DNA of 64,000 nt from Marsupella aquatica (lineage: Eukaryota > Plantae > Marchantiophyta). The position numbers and the translations under genes are program-made. The stretch spans positions 24,107,520-24,171,519 of the forward strand of contig OZ316893.1 of NCBI GenBank assembly GCA_973895155.1, given 5' to 3'. Under the pieces are notes generated by a model that had not been told where the DNA came from, did not search any database, and worked only from the letters and a program-made list of their open reading frames with translations. Shown here in pieces: positions 1-14,143 of this stretch; positions within the stretch are counted from its first letter, which is position 1; the number at the start of each line of letters is the position of its first letter.

Positions 1-2013
1 CATCTCTATGGAATGCAATGCCCTGTATGCCAGAGCTTTCATATATTGGCAGGTTCACATTTGCTCTTGGAATATATGATCCCGAAGGCTTCATGAGCAA
101 ATTTGCTCTTGTTCAGAATTCTGTTTATGTTGTTGTTTCCATCAATTGCAGCTTGGATTTTTGAATATATGTCCTGTCATTGATGATAGAGGGTGGTTGA
201 GATTGGTTTTCTTTCTTCTTGGTAGTGGGTCAGTGTGTTGGCATTTTCCTCATGTCACTCATTCTCATCGGACAAGCTGCGGATTGGTACTGAATATTCA
301 TTTAGCCTATTGCTGCCTCCCACCGCCATTGCCGATTGCCGTTATCATCGTGTATTGCTTGCTTGCTTGCTTGCCACTGCCTTTGTTGGTTGCCACCCTC
401 TTCATACTCTCTCGCATCTATCTTCCGATATGAACACGCAGCCAAGCCCACCAAAAGCTCTGTCCCTACAATCCCTCCCAAATCAACTTTCTTGTTTCCT
501 GCTGCTCATGATCACCGCATTGTTCTTCCCTATTTTTGTTTACTTATTGGTCTCTCCACACTTGTTGCTTCACATGACTATTTTGCTCCTCCCTGGATCC
601 GAACATGCCTTGTGCCCAATGCTCCCACGGTGGAGTGGGGTGGTGAATAGACGACCTCAACACCGTTGCAATCACATTTGGAGGGGTTAGTTTTTTGCAG
701 CTTAAACCTGTCGGGATTTTGCGCTTGTGGCAACGCTATCCTTTCTGCCACTTCATGAGTTTGTTTATGCTGCAGTGGTCGGTCTTGCGCAACTCAATGA
801 GCCAATTTCATTTTCCCTGTGCACTTCTATTTCTCAGAGAATTCCCTGGTCATGCTCATTTGCCCCAGAGTTAGAAAACAAAGAAGAAGAGCTGACTAAT
901 TGTAATTCCAATCCATATCCTGATCGGTCAAGGATTGTGAACTACATTGGCCTTGTCATCGGCCGAGGTCACCAAATTTTGCTTGGTTTCATTCCTGTGG
1001 AGCACTGCTGTGATGGATGAATAGTTGTGTCTTGCCCTAAAGTGGGACATTGGATGAATCCCTCATGCCTTGTCTGTTTTCAAAAGCTCACAGTGTTTAC
1101 CTTTAGCTATGGGCGGTTGACATCTTTTAGCATTCTTTGTGGTGGTGCCTTTGTTCGTTGCAGAGCTCCTGCTCCAACTGCCCCTTTTTCCTGGTAAGTT
1201 GTGCAACCTGGATTCCAGTATAGATTGAAGTATTCTTGTCTTAATTGTGTCTATGTACATAGTGTCCTTCATTGCAACTGTCGCTTTGACCTGCTGAGTT
1301 TCAGCAAAGTGAATAAGGCATTATGCCATCATTCCAATCGACTTAAACAAAAATTGAGCTTCAATATGAACTGAAAGCATTTATCCCCTCCCTAGACTGA
1401 TCAAAGTTTCCTAGCGAAAGTTTATATATTTTAACTGTCCAAGTGTAGGTTTGACCGTGAAAGTTCAGGCCGCTACACCAAGTGCTAGTTGGTGGCCTAA
1501 GTGCAGGGTGGTAGGTGGAGTACGTTGCCCAGCCCTGTCACTTTTTCATTGTTTGCCTATGGTGTTGCCATTTTTCTCACACTCATTCTCATCCTACTAT
1601 AATTGGCAATTCAACTCTCCTCTAGAATTTAGTCAGAAGGTGAAGTATTAGTAAGACTACATTTTCTGCTACTAAGATGTCTTGTTCTGAGCAGCATACA
1701 CCGGAAGTAAGCAATAGTGGAGGTTTAACTGCATATCAACACATCCAGTGAACTACCTCTCTATTGCTCACTGCAGGGTGAGACTTTCACTCTTTCTGGA
1801 TATTGTAGTTTGTAAGCAAGTTGATTAGGAGTGTTTCATGCTATGTTTACACTGTGACCCCTAGCTGGAACCAATGGAATGACACGTGAGTGGGAACTGA
1901 TAATTTAAGGTTGGTTGCTGTTGGTGAGGCAAGTACAGCTCTTGCTCACCTTGCTGATCGAAGGTGCTTATCAGAGGACGTGAACACATGACATCTCCAC
2001 AAAAGCAACACTT

Positions 2014-2460
2014 ATGGTGAGGACCCGCAACGCCGAACATGTGCGGCTTGCACACAAGGCAGAGATGTTGCGCCTTGAGTATGTCAGACTTGGGATCCTT
2101 CCAGCCCAGTCTGCATGGTACTTTGAGTACCCAGTTGTTGCCAGGAACAACTACAGCCGGCCTGTACCTGCTTCTCCCCCCTTCCCAACATCCTTGGTAT
2201 TTCTGTCTCTCGTACATGACCCGCCACAAATTAGGGCCCAAGGGTGTGTGCACAGTTGCCAATATGACTGTCCTGCCTGTAGGGCTTCTGGCCTAGAGTT
2301 GGATGACCGTTCTCTTGGATGTCGGTTTTTTCACAGAGCACAATGTATCATCTGGAATCACTCGCCATCCTGCAGTGTGCCTGGCGATGTCACTTGTCCT
2401 GCCCTCCCAGACCCCACCGGTCACTTTGGTGTCTACACATGTTTGGATCACACGCTCTAG
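2014..2460 (+). CDS. Hypothetical Cys/His-rich protein (possible cargo of element 2)
   Basis: Intact ATG-started 148-aa ORF with CVHSCQYDCPAC...CRFFHRAQC..HSPSC...C...CLDH; family not recognised. Confidence 0.4.
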   Translation: MVRTRNAEHVRLAHKAEMLRLEYVRLGILPAQSAWYFEYPVVARNNYSRPVPASPPFPTSLVFLSLVHDPPQIRAQGCVHSCQYDCPACRASGLELDDRSLGCRFFHRAQCIIWNHSPSCSVPGDVTCPALPDPTGHFGVYTCLDHTL

Positions 2461-2837
2461 AGGACCACTTGTCACACCGCATGCACAGACCAGAGACCAT
2501 TGACCTATAACTTAACACTTTGACTTGAACAAAGAGGATATTTACTTAAGATTTTGAATTATGAGCAATTTTGGGTCCAGGGTTTAGGGTCAACAGTACA
2601 TAACTTATCCTATTATGGCTGCACTAAGTACAATATCCTAATTTAAGAGGCTAGCAAGCTCACTTAAAAGTCTCCTTTCAAAGACTGGAATTAATGGGCC
2701 ATGTGATAACCTGGAAAAAGTGATTTATGCCTAACTTATTTGTCTCATTCACTATCATAGCCTATTTAGGATGTATAAATTACAACCCTGATCACACTGC
2801 TTGATACCAATCCTATTCAAAAAATGCCTGTTTTACA

Positions 2838-2851
2838 CACTAGAAGGAAAT
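2838..2851 (+). repeat. Left TIR of CACTA element 1
   Basis: CACTAGAAGGAAAT preceded by ACA; imperfect similarity to the right end extends to about 29 bp. Confidence 0.95.
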
Positions 2852-3026
2852 GATGTTTTTATTACTGAAAAAATGACTAGCTTATGAGTGGTTTGGGACA
2901 ATTTACAACTCATTCATTTGAGTTCACAAAGGCAAGTCGCTTTGGTATAGTAGTCCTTTTGGACATAGAGTTGTTTTTATCAACAACTGCAAATTGCAGG
3001 TTGTTTATGACACCGTCCATTGGGAG

Positions 3027-3124
3027 ACTGACGGTCTTAAATAACTCAAAATCTTAGTTGAATTGTGTTTCGTTAAAAAGAACTGATGGTCTTAAATAAC
3101 TTAAAATCAGAGTTGAATTGTGTT
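3027..3124. repeat. Subterminal direct repeat (2 copies, 55-bp period) of CACTA element 1
   Basis: ACTGAYGGTCTTAAATAACTYAAAATC..AGTTGAATTGTGTT occurs twice, about 190 bp inside the TIR, as is typical of CACTA subterminal regions. Confidence 0.75.
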
Positions 3125-3784
3125 ATGACTCATCAAATAAGGAAACGACATGTGTCTAAAGCCATCAAATAGCATTTAGACACGTGGAAGGTCTGAGCCA
3201 CACAAACCAAATTACAAGTGGACACGTGTCTCCTTTATATCATCCCAGCAGCCAACAGGTGACACTTTGATAGCTTAATTCCTAGTAGGGTACACGTGGA
3301 GATAATTGTAGTTATTTAGGACATGTTTATAATGACTACTATCGGAGTGATTTTGTTGATGTCTTATATTACCAATATTTGAGTCTTTTCTGCTCAGTCA
3401 TTTATGACTTCATGGAAGTTATTTAGTTAGTCCTTTGTGTCATTTCATAATTGGACCAATTCTCCCAATTGGTCCTATTTCCAATCATCCTGACAAATTG
3501 TCTAGCTAGAAAGACATGTCTTAGAAATCAACTACAAGAGGATATATACATTGCAAATATACACAAAAAGCCATTGAATGAATATAAAATTCTGCATAGA
3601 GACTGTAGACTTCATTTCACCTCCAATGTACAGGTGATCGACTGTTCAGAATCACAGTAAAGTATTTCCTGGATGAACTAATCACAAAACAAGTCTATTG
3701 GCCAACTCAGCTTGTGCATCAAAACTACTCGAGCTTGAACCAAAGAGCTCAAGTCACTACATTCTATCAAAAAACAACTCCTTG

Positions 3785-6700
3785 CTACTTCCTCATCAAC
3801 TTCTGGTACCACAAGAAATGTCTGTCGCCCACATCCTTCAGAAATTTGACCTGAGAGTTTGGATGCTCTTTCTCAAGTAGAGGTGCATCCTGTTCAAACA
3901 CCTCATTTGCAATCACGATCAAATGTCCTGGTGGAATTTCATTGCCATTGTAAAAATCTTGCCCCCAGACTCCCTGCACTGTTGCAAGAGCAACAACCCG
4001 AGAGTCCACTGGGGACTTCAATTTCACCACGTCCCCAATCTTGAACTGCCAGCAGTAAATCAATATATTACGGCTAATTTAATGAGAGACCATATTTTTA
4101 ATCTGCGGTGCCAATGAACCCTTGGCTTGCAACAATACTGATGCGCGCCATTTCAAGGGATGTAATCACTGCTAAGTGAATCATGCATAATGCAGGATAG
4201 TGAACAGATGCAAAATGATAGTAATTAATTTAGAAAAGGAGAAATCTATGAAGATTGTCACCTTCAACACAGTTGGTGAAGACGCTGACTTCAGAACATC
4301 CGTACTTAGAGGTCTTGAAGGGGTTGGGTGTTCTGAGATTGTTTCATTGCCCTCTTCAAGAGCCTGCATGATTCCCACCTTTGGCATCTGATCAAATGAA
4401 AAATTAGACAAACTTAGACTGAGAGCATAGAGTCAGGTGTGCATATATATTGGACTGAAAAAAATTCTACATACTGTGCATATTCCACTCGAACATCCAC
4501 CATCCACGTACAAGACATAGAGCTAATTTGTAAGAACACAGGCCTGAGAAAACTTTGAATGTACACAATTCCTGAGCCCCTGCGCTAAGCACCTTGTCAC
4601 AAAGTTTGCATCTATACTATGAGATAGTTGAGTGCAGCACACAAACCTTACCTTTCCTTTAGGTTTTCGGCCCTTGCCTGTCTTAGGAGTTAGTTGAGGT
4701 GAACTGGAGATAAGGACCTTTGTGGGATCATCTAAGACCTCCTGCTTTACAGTCACAGAGTGACTATACTCCGCATCGTCCATCAGGTCTTTCTGCTCCG
4801 CACCTTCCTCACCGACATGGACATATATTATTCAATTTTTCAGATGATCGAAATGCTTTTACAAATCATTTGCATTACAATGATTTTACAAAATTAAGCT
4901 CTTAATTTTCGATCACCCAGAGCAAATGGTCATGACCTAGCTTAGAGTACAAATTAGACAGACATACCCTCTTTGGACAGATCCACAAAATTCAACTTCA
5001 TTGCAGAACTCTTTGGTGCTGAAGTGCTCGATGCAGCCTTAATTGTGGAAGTGGGTAGGCTTGACGTACCAAGTGCTCCAGGTCCACCACCCCCCTCTTG
5101 GGAAGCTTCAATATTGATACCTACCCCTCCTACATGAGATGTCTCCTTCTGATGCAAAACACTCATATGTTGCTGGTAATTTCCCAAGCTCTCTGCAATT
5201 GTCTTAGCCACCAGTGCCAACCCAGCAGCTAAAGTAGTATTGATAGAACTGGTTATTTTCTCACAAATCACTTCATCATTTCGCTCAACTACAAGGTTGG
5301 ATACAGGTGTCTGGAAAACCACAGTGAGTAAAAAAATTAGCCATATACAGCCACTTTGTGTCCTCTTAAAATATTACCCGAGACAGGTGTACTTACAATA
5401 TGGAAAGGAAGAGAAAGAAACTCACGATTGAGTTCCTCCCTAGCTGGTGAGCAGGTGTACCAAGGATGGACTTAGTACTTGCCAAGGATGGGCTTACATC
5501 TGACCTCCAACCCAAACCATTTGCTTTGTCATCAAAAGGATTAGGTCGAAGGTCTGATAGACCTGGGCTATGACCTCTCTGCCTCTTCTGAAAAAGGCAG
5601 GAACAACTATCAGCACAATAATGCAATCAAACATTTATCAGCACACTCAGAGAATGTATGGCACAAACTGAAAGATGATCATGTCATAAGGGTTAGCACA
5701 CTCACATAAATTGCCTCCCTCCCACGATAGCCACCTCGTCCAACTTTAGATGGATTCTTCACTTCTGCTCTCGCTCTAGTCATTTTCTGAATGTTGGTTA
5801 GTCCTTCTGGGGACAACCACCACTCACAAAGTGTTTTCCATTGCTCAGGCTTGACATTTTCAGGAGGCTTCTTGTCCAAGCGCTTCCCAATCGCTTGAAA
5901 ATGCTTGTGAAGTTTTGCACGTTGAGCCTTCATTATTTTTGACAAGTGGGACCTGAACTTCTTCTCAGACAAAGTCCCCCCTACATACTGCCAATTAGTA
6001 GCCATCACATCATACAAATGGATAATAATGTCCTTGTCTTGCTTAGCAATGTTACGCACGGAAGGGTCGAGTCTGCCAACACAAGCTGCACGAAGGTCGT
6101 CTGCCCAACGTCCCCGGAACTGGTCACTTGCATCAATATCGTCATTCCAAATCTGCACACGAGACATCATTGTCGATTGTGATTGATTCAAACTAACCGA
6201 TGCTATCAGTAGGATAAAGGTCGGGGCTGTTTCCAACTTCTATTTAAAAATTGGCAAGCATCCTATTTTGATCCTATGTTGATCTGCTAGAAGAGTTTGA
6301 ATTAAAGTTGGCATGATACCTGAATACTTGCTTTCTTCATGCCCATTTTACTTCGCTCAGCTGTGTGATCCACCCAATGTTTCTTTGCAGCTCGAGACAT
6401 CTGCCGCATAATTGACTGTTGGGACGGTCCACTTGCACTGGCCATCATAGCACTTCCCTGAGGGATAGGGGTCACTACAATATCAAAGATTTACATCTTA
6501 GTTCAGACTTAGAATTTGCCACCAATATACTTGAACCCTGACTTGAACTTGGCATTAAGCCTTGCAACGTACATTGACAAGTAATTAACAGCCATGGTCA
6601 TCCCATCATATTTTACATTCAATCACAATCATAGGCTGTGTCATATTCAAATTCATACATAGCTAATGTAAAGAAGCTAGTATAGGTGGAAACTTACGCA

Positions 6701-7186
6701 AGCTGACAACTCCCGTGATGGGATCTTTATAATACTTAGCAGAGGTGTGTGAGACAGCCTGAAACAATATACAGTCAACAATCAGTACATTTACTAAATA
6801 TCTTCAATATTCTTATAAGTTGCGGACATATTTCATATATTAGTAAGATATAGCACCATAATTGGTGTCCTTCACAGCACAGCAAAAAAATGAAAAATTA
6901 ATTAGACACGTACCCCTGCGCGTTGTTTGTCCCCAATGGTTATCTCGTCATCACAATTCCCCCAGTCGGCGCCTCCCTCATTCTCAGAGTCACTGTAAGG
7001 TGTACCTTCTGACCGCTCACTGCCCTCAATATCTGAGCCGTTGTCTGCCATAGTTGGTATGTTCATCGCTTGCTGCCTTGCACTCTTCCTTGTTGGTAGA
7101 GAAGGTACCTGCAATTGTGCTGGTTTCTTTCTATAAACACGTTTTGTTTTGCTTCTTCCCACACCTTCTGAACTGCCTTTCATCAA
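3785..7186 (-). CDS. CACTA TnpA/Ptta-like accessory gene, multi-exon; exon boundaries approximate
   Basis: Lies downstream of and co-oriented with TnpD. Exon about 5706-6153 has PPENVKPEQWKTLCEWWLS...RARAEVKNPSKVGRGGY (Ptta/Transposase_24-like). Last exon 3785-4049 has VVKLKS..VVALATV..GNEIPPGHLIV..DAPL..FLW (Tnp1/En/Spm C-terminal-like). Several short GT-AG-bounded exons lie between. Confidence 0.75.
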
Positions 7187-7550
7187 CCCAAACTAATGTT
7201 AATTAATGTCATTCATGCAAATTTTCAAAGGCCACATTATTTAACAATGCCAATAGCAATTCCCAGGCCACTGGACGCATTCAAATTCTACTCTAATGTT
7301 AATCATATAAAGATTGACATAAGGTGGACTACCAAAGTTGGGAGGGACTATATATTCAAGACCTGTTCAAATCTGCCGCAGATTTTCCAATCACAGCTGC
7401 AATGAAGGCGTTGTTTGCTTTTATGTTCCTCAATCTCTCCAACTCATAGGCCGTGAGTTCAGCATTTGACTCTTCTGGGGACTCATCAGCCGAATCCAAG
7501 ACCGAATCACTTGAGTTCTGCATCCACACACTACCAACATAGCCACACGG

Positions 7551-10500
7551 TTACTCTTCCTCAGAATCTTCCTCATCTTCCCAAACATCATCCTGTATTA
7601 TCTCTTCAACTGATTCATCTGTCACCCTTGCAACTGTTTGCTGAGCGACTAAGCTCTCTCCTTCCTCCAATGGCACAGCTCGGTTAGCAGCTGCAACAAG
7701 CTCCGCTTCAACTACCTCGTGATGGTCTACAAGATCATTGTATTCAACATCATAGATACCCTCAACAACTCTACGAGACCTTCCCTCCTTATGAAGGACA
7801 TGCCTCCATGAGGTTCTAGCCTCGTTAGGATAGAAGAAAACTTGCTCAACTTGACCAGGCAAGACATAGTCTAACTTCTCGGCTGCAGGATAAGGCATGT
7901 TAAAGTTGGCCAGCCAGAGACCAGTTTCATCATGTTTCATAGATGGACCAGTATTGTCTGGTCCCCACTTTGACCGGACCCATTTTGCCTTGAGGATAAT
8001 GGCTGGTTCTAAACGCAATAGTGGTCCATAGTCAAGTTTAAGAATCTGGGTGAGAACCCCAACGTAGGTCTGCTTAGCCAAAGCAACTCCTGACTGATCC
8101 CTTCTCTGCTCGTGGAAAGTGGTGGCCAACCCACTGTCAAATGTAGCGTACCCTTGACAATCTGTGTCCCTAAGATGGGATAGCTCACGCCAACTACCAT
8201 CCCTTCCTTTACAGCGCATTACCCTGTAATGATTTCCATAAGCCTTCATTGAAGTATACGTCAAACCATGCTGGCTTGGGGGAAAGGAAATAGCCGTCAA
8301 CAACAACTTGTTTTCATCATCATCAAGGTTAGCTTCGGAAATCTCATTCCTAAACCAAACCCCAAAGGGAATTCCCTCCAATTCTTGAGGATAAGTTGCT
8401 GCTCTACGCCTGTGTGGAGGCCGTGTCTGGTTATTTTGTTGGACAAAAGCTTCCCTCTGTCTTCTTCTCTCTTCCTCTGCATTCTCATAGAGCCTGCAAA
8501 CCAATCCAAAAACGTACAATATCAACCACTAATTACAATATCTGAATAATTATCAGCAAGTTACAAAGTGTGTCATAAATAATAGTTGCGCAAGTAACAA
8601 TTTACCTCAACCATGGTGTTACCAACAAATTATTCTGTAGGTAGTATGTATGAGCAGCATCTCGATCTACCACAGTCAGAGTGACTTTGCATGAGGCCCC
8701 TTCCAACACCACCCCTTTAACTCCTTCCTCCTCTTCAGCATCCCAAACACGCCTCCTTGTAGATTGGCAGTCTACCATATACTCTGTCACAAATCCTAAA
8801 GCCTCTTCGAGAATGTATCCTTCTGCCATTGATGCCTCTGGTCGTGCCTTGTTCCGTACAAAACCCTTCAGATTCTTGAGGTATCGCTCAACTGGATACA
8901 TCCATCTTTGTGATACAGGCCCACAAATGTCCAACTCTTCCACTATATGCACCATGAGATGAGTCATAACATCAAAAAAGGACGAAGGGAAATGCATTTC
9001 CAAAGCACAGAGTGTTTGTGCTACATCTTTCATCAACGCATCCTTTGTTGTAGGGTCCCAAACTTTACAGCAAATCTTACGCCAAACTCTGCACACACTC
9101 ACAATGGCCAATCGGGGTCCCTTGTCCATCAAATTCCTCAATGCCAATGGAAGGATCTGCTGCATTAGGCAATGATAATCGTGAGATTTCATACCTGCCA
9201 GCTTATTGCTAGGCCGCACACACTTAGCTAATGAGCTGCCAAAGTCTGTGGGAACTTTCAGACACTTCAAGGTTCCCAGAAATTGTGTGAGCTCTGATTT
9301 GCTCATGACATATGGTGCCTTGGGTTTCACAAAGTGATCTTTTTTCTGGTTTGGATGAGGCTTCATCCACAATTGCTCATGAACACCTTCAGCTTGCATA
9401 TCATTCCGGACAGCAGCAGTGTCCTTCTTCCCAGAAGTTGTGTGGATAAGATTATGCGCAATGTTTTTCTCCGTGTGCATTGGATCAAGGACATGATTGA
9501 TCAGAAGTTTCTGCGCGCCAGATATAATAGAACATGAGTAACAATTTATAAACATGAGAGCAAAGTCTTGACCAGTCATTTCTTGTGGCCAAATAGATTC
9601 ATCTACCTTCGAAATGCATAGGCGACGGATACAAAGAAAAATAAACTGACTCTGGCCATTGTGGCTCCCCTGCCATAATAAAAAAACAACGATTGGTAGT
9701 GGGCTCTTCCCAAAATTTTCCCGTCCCAATTGCAGTGGCCAGAGTCGACTAATTTAGAATACAATTTAGAATACTAATGAAGAAACAGTTCTGTTAGTAA
9801 CAAAATTGTAGGGTTTTGAGCAAACTCTATGGGTTTTTAAAGTTATCTTAGTCTTTCCAAGGAAGTGAAGTGGACAGGTAGCGATAGCAGATTGAGGCAA
9901 CATGACCCGTAAGATAAGCGACTCTACATCGTGGTTCCTGGCCTTGGACGGCACCACAAGAAATAGAAAGGGCACTATGATGACCAGGAAAGGAGGAATC
10001 ATACGACAGGCCCTTACTGCTTATCAGAATGAATTAGATTTTAATTTAGATTCTAAAGTTTTGCAGGCAGCCCTTCAAACGGTTGTAGGTAGCATCGAGA
10101 ACTACTACAAAGCATTATTAATCATATCTCGCTAGTTCAAACATTAATTTACGCATACTACAATCTTAAAACAAAACAATATATTCTAATCGTTTGATTC
10201 ATTCATTTGCACATGCCTACACAAAAACAAATACTAAAAACCCAAAAAGTACCAGGTCATCAAAGCAGGGGTAAGAGACCCTTGGAGAACTAACTGAAGA
10301 GCCGACTAGGCAAAGACCCAATTCTACAGATGCCTGTCCTCGCAGCCCCCACAATCAATCCAAGAGCCAGACTGCCTGCCAGCTAAGAGATTGCCAAACA
10401 TCTATGCGACTTAGCACATTACACACTGTAATTAAACACTGTGGGCCTGTTCCCTCACAAAGACCAAGAATGTGCTCGAGCAAAACTGATGAATAGCTGT

Positions 10501-12397
10501 TCAATTCAAACTTCCACACGAAAGAGTCTTGTAGATAACTAGTTTAAATAAGAGAGATAAGAAAAGGTAAAGTGATAACTCACAGTCCAATATGGCAGCA
10601 CGGCAAGACCCTGTTTCCTCTTGACTCCATGGAGCTTTGATGGGCAGTGCTTGCTTCCTTGCTTGGCCCCTTCTTTTTTCAGAAACTCTTCAACTTCAGC
10701 AGCATAAGCCAGCTTTAGCTCGCATGTCATCCTGGGGGGAGGGCCTCGTGACTCTATCTTTCCATCAAACTTTGCAGCATAGTCAGGAGTACGATACTTG
10801 TGATTGGCCTCCAGCCATCTATGGCTTCCAGGGAACACATTTTTTGATAGAGACTGGGACCTTCTACAAGTGACATTGGGTCCACACACTACACAACCAT
10901 GGTATCCTTTGGTCACTTGACCAGAAATGAGGCCCAAAGCTGGATAGTCATTCACTGTCCATAATAGAATGGCCCTCAGTGTAAACCACTTTTGTTTACC
11001 CGGCCTATCTAGTGCATCAAAGCACTTGACTCCTTTCCAGAGCTCTGAAAGCTCTTCTATTAGTGGGGCCATGTAGATAGCTATGTTACGATCAGTTACA
11101 GATTCAGGTCCAGGAATCAGTAAAGACAGCATAATAAAAAACTTCTTAGTAGACAACCAGGGAGGTAAATTGTAATTTAATAACATTACGGGCCATGTGG
11201 AATGCTTTAGATTGTTCTCACCAAACGGGTTTACACCATCCAAGGCTAATCCAAGATGAACATTCCGTGGCTCACTCTCAAAAGTATCATCTATATTAGC
11301 TTCAATTTCTGCCCAAGCCCTTGAATCTGCTACGTGACGGACCTTTCCATCCTTGCTCTTATTGTCTGCATGCCAGGTCATGAGCTCCGAAATGGCTTTA
11401 CATCTATACATGCGTCTCAGTCTTGGTATGAGGGGAAAGTGACGGAGAACTTTGACTGCCTGCTTTGACTGCCCAACCTGCTTGTACCTAGGTTTTTTGC
11501 AGGTTGGACAATGATCGCACTCTAATAAATCCTTTCTGAACAAAACACACCCATCCTCACAAGCATGGATTTTGACATAATCTAATCCAAGATGACCAAT
11601 GAGCTTCTTACATGCGTACAGATTCTTAGGAAGCAAATGCTTTGATGGCATAGTGTGTTTTGCCATCAAGGAAAGAAGCTCATCAACACCTGAGTTAGTA
11701 AACCCGTTGTTATGGCAGGTGTTCAGAAAGGTCAATACAAAGGACAGCTGGGAAGTATTGCACCCCTCATATAGAGGCGCACATGCCTCTGTAAAGGCAT
11801 TCATCATTCTTTCTTCTGACTCTTGATCCCAACACTCCTCTTGACTAGTCTGCTCCTGAGGTGTGGAAGTTGTGGACTCCAAGAGCTCATCCATATTAAA
11901 CATCTCTTCCCCACTTCTCTCTGGATTTTCCCTCGAAGGACTTTCATCTACAGGATCACTTGGATGGTTTTCCACTGCAATGCCAAATCCTCCAACAACC
12001 GGGGAATTTCCATATCACAGGTTACATCAATGACAGACCCTCCTATAGCTCCAGTATCTATATTGCTACCCTCTGATGGAGGATTGACCTCGCATAAGTG
12101 TTCATTCCACTCCTCATCTGATGTGTCACATTCATCTCCCCACCAATGTCGCTGAGATGGATGTCGGGAGTACAGTAACAGGTGCTTCTTGACTGTGTGA
12201 ACACTCACACGGTTACCCCTACAGTTGCAAATGGTGCAAGGGCACTTTATCTTCCCTATACTTGCAGACCTACAAGCAGCCAGTTGTCGATGCCATAATT
12301 TGTCATCCCTAATATGCAACTGAAGATCACTCCTTCGGAAGTCTCTGAATAGCCGAGACTGTCCAAAGCCTACACGATTGGCACTCATCTTTGCCAA
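7551..12397 (-). pseudogene. CACTA TnpD/TNP2-like transposase (Transposase_21 + DUF4218 + DUF4216-type regions), 3 exons, one frameshift
   Basis: Motifs CPCTICNC, IHACEDGC, LRHFPLIPRL, GLALDGVNPF, TVNDYPA, DPMHTEKN, MKSHDYH, RWMYPVERY, EQVFF. Predicted GT-AG introns 9511-10583 and 8494-8605. Frameshift near 11985 joins ORFs 11948-12397 and 10539-11975. Confidence 0.92.
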
Positions 12398-14143
12398 TAA
12401 ACTTAAAAGACTCTCACCTTACCGGACCACAATGACATGCAGTACAACACACCTCAAAGTTGAATCAGCGCGACGAAGCTACTGAATTTTTGCTTCAATT
12501 TGATCACGTAAGTGGGACTGCACATTGCCAAGCTCAAATTTGAACATAGTGTTTCATTCCCTCTCATCATTTTCGCTGTATATGGAGAGTAGCACGTACT
12601 CACGATTATATTCATTGTCACATTCTCACTTCATGCTAACCTTCTCGTGTAACTGGCAGTGATTGAACCACTTCTAGGAGATGATACAGAATTTAAATCC
12701 ATGGCATCACATGCAATAAAAAGAAACCAAAGGCGTTGATACCTGCTGAGTCGAGGAGAATCTTGAAGTCTTCAAACCAAGGAGCTTGCATCGTAAACCC
12801 CTCACACCTTCAAGGTCACGGACAGACAGCATGAAATGACATCCATCAGCCATGGTCCAAAGCAGTACTACTCCATCTAACTCTGCTTCGAGTCCAGGAT
12901 GACAGACTTACACGCGAATAGACCACAACAAGAAGTTAAAGAAACTTGACACGCATTGACCAGGCGCGACAACAGAAGTTAACAGGGTTGCGACTGCGAG
13001 GGCGGTGAAGTTAACAGGGTTGCGACTAAAAACCTGAGCAATGAATAAGTTGTTGCTCCTGCAGTCTTGCTGCAAGTCACTGATTCGTCTGCTGACTCTA
13101 CTTCAGCACCACAACAATTCAAATAGATGGCAACCTTGATTTCCTTTCTTGCTGAGGTCCTGGAAATCACCGAGTTTACAACTTCCAAAGCGGGCGGTAT
13201 GATCACCTTGTCTGTCCCACTCCAAACTTCGATTCTATCATGCAAATCCGTCCAACATTTGAAGAATGAGTTCACCAACGATTAAGCCAAGACGTGAGGC
13301 GGTTCAGGGTGAGACTTGCGACGGGCACTGCAGATCAAACTAAGAATGCGAGAATGAGCCTAAGGCAAAGAGTCGAGAAACCGAAACCAACATGATGCGA
13401 ACAAATGTAAAGACTCTGTGCCGCGCGGAGCCGGGCGGGAGTAGGGATCTTACTGCAGAGTGGGACCCGCCCTCCCAATAAATCAACTTCTCATTTAATT
13501 ACCATTGACATTACCCTAAGACAACAATATTAGTGGAGGTCCTTCACTCTTACCTCAAATTCATAATAAATTCCCTCTATATCCTAAGATATTTATTCAC
13601 TAGAAAGTGAACCCCTACTCCTTAAGTAGTCCCCTACAAAGTCTACAACTAAACTCCACTATCAAAATTAACCCTTTGAGTGTTTTACATAACTCATTTC
13701 CAAAGCTTCTTCCAAAGTCAAAAGGGCCATCTATCATGTAATAATTTGATGTCAATTAACCATACCCATACCCATTTTGGCCAAACTACTGGCAACATCT
13801 TAGCTAGAAAAGTGTGACAAAGCTAACACTCTTTTGTTGGATATTATAGCCAGATTCAAAAATGGAAAGTATAGGGTGAAGATGGTACAATATTAAATGC
13901 ACTACCTTTCTGGCCGGTCAGACGATAGTCCAAATTGACCTGTGGATCAAGTATGTTAGAACGCAAGCTACCTCTCTTTTCGTCCACCCCTTTTTGTAAA
14001 GTGCCCCGGTCTTAAGAAAGGGTCAGATAGATTAAAATAATTAGTATTGACTAGGTACTGAATTTTAGCCTGGCCTGGGGATTCTGAAATTTACGGTCAA
14101 ACACCATTCAGCACCCACCAGTCTCAAACCACTTGGGTGATTC

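Noticed and set aside
146-1272. Several overlapping ORFs at the window start
   Set aside because: No recognisable motifs; the plus-strand ORFs look like shadows of a decayed minus-strand coding region.
9766-10135. ORFs between transposase exons
   Set aside because: They lie within the predicted 9511-10583 intron and show no motif.
13598-13609. Internal CACTAGAAAGTG as a CACTA end
   Set aside because: Only 8 bp match the TIR and there is no partner or TSD.
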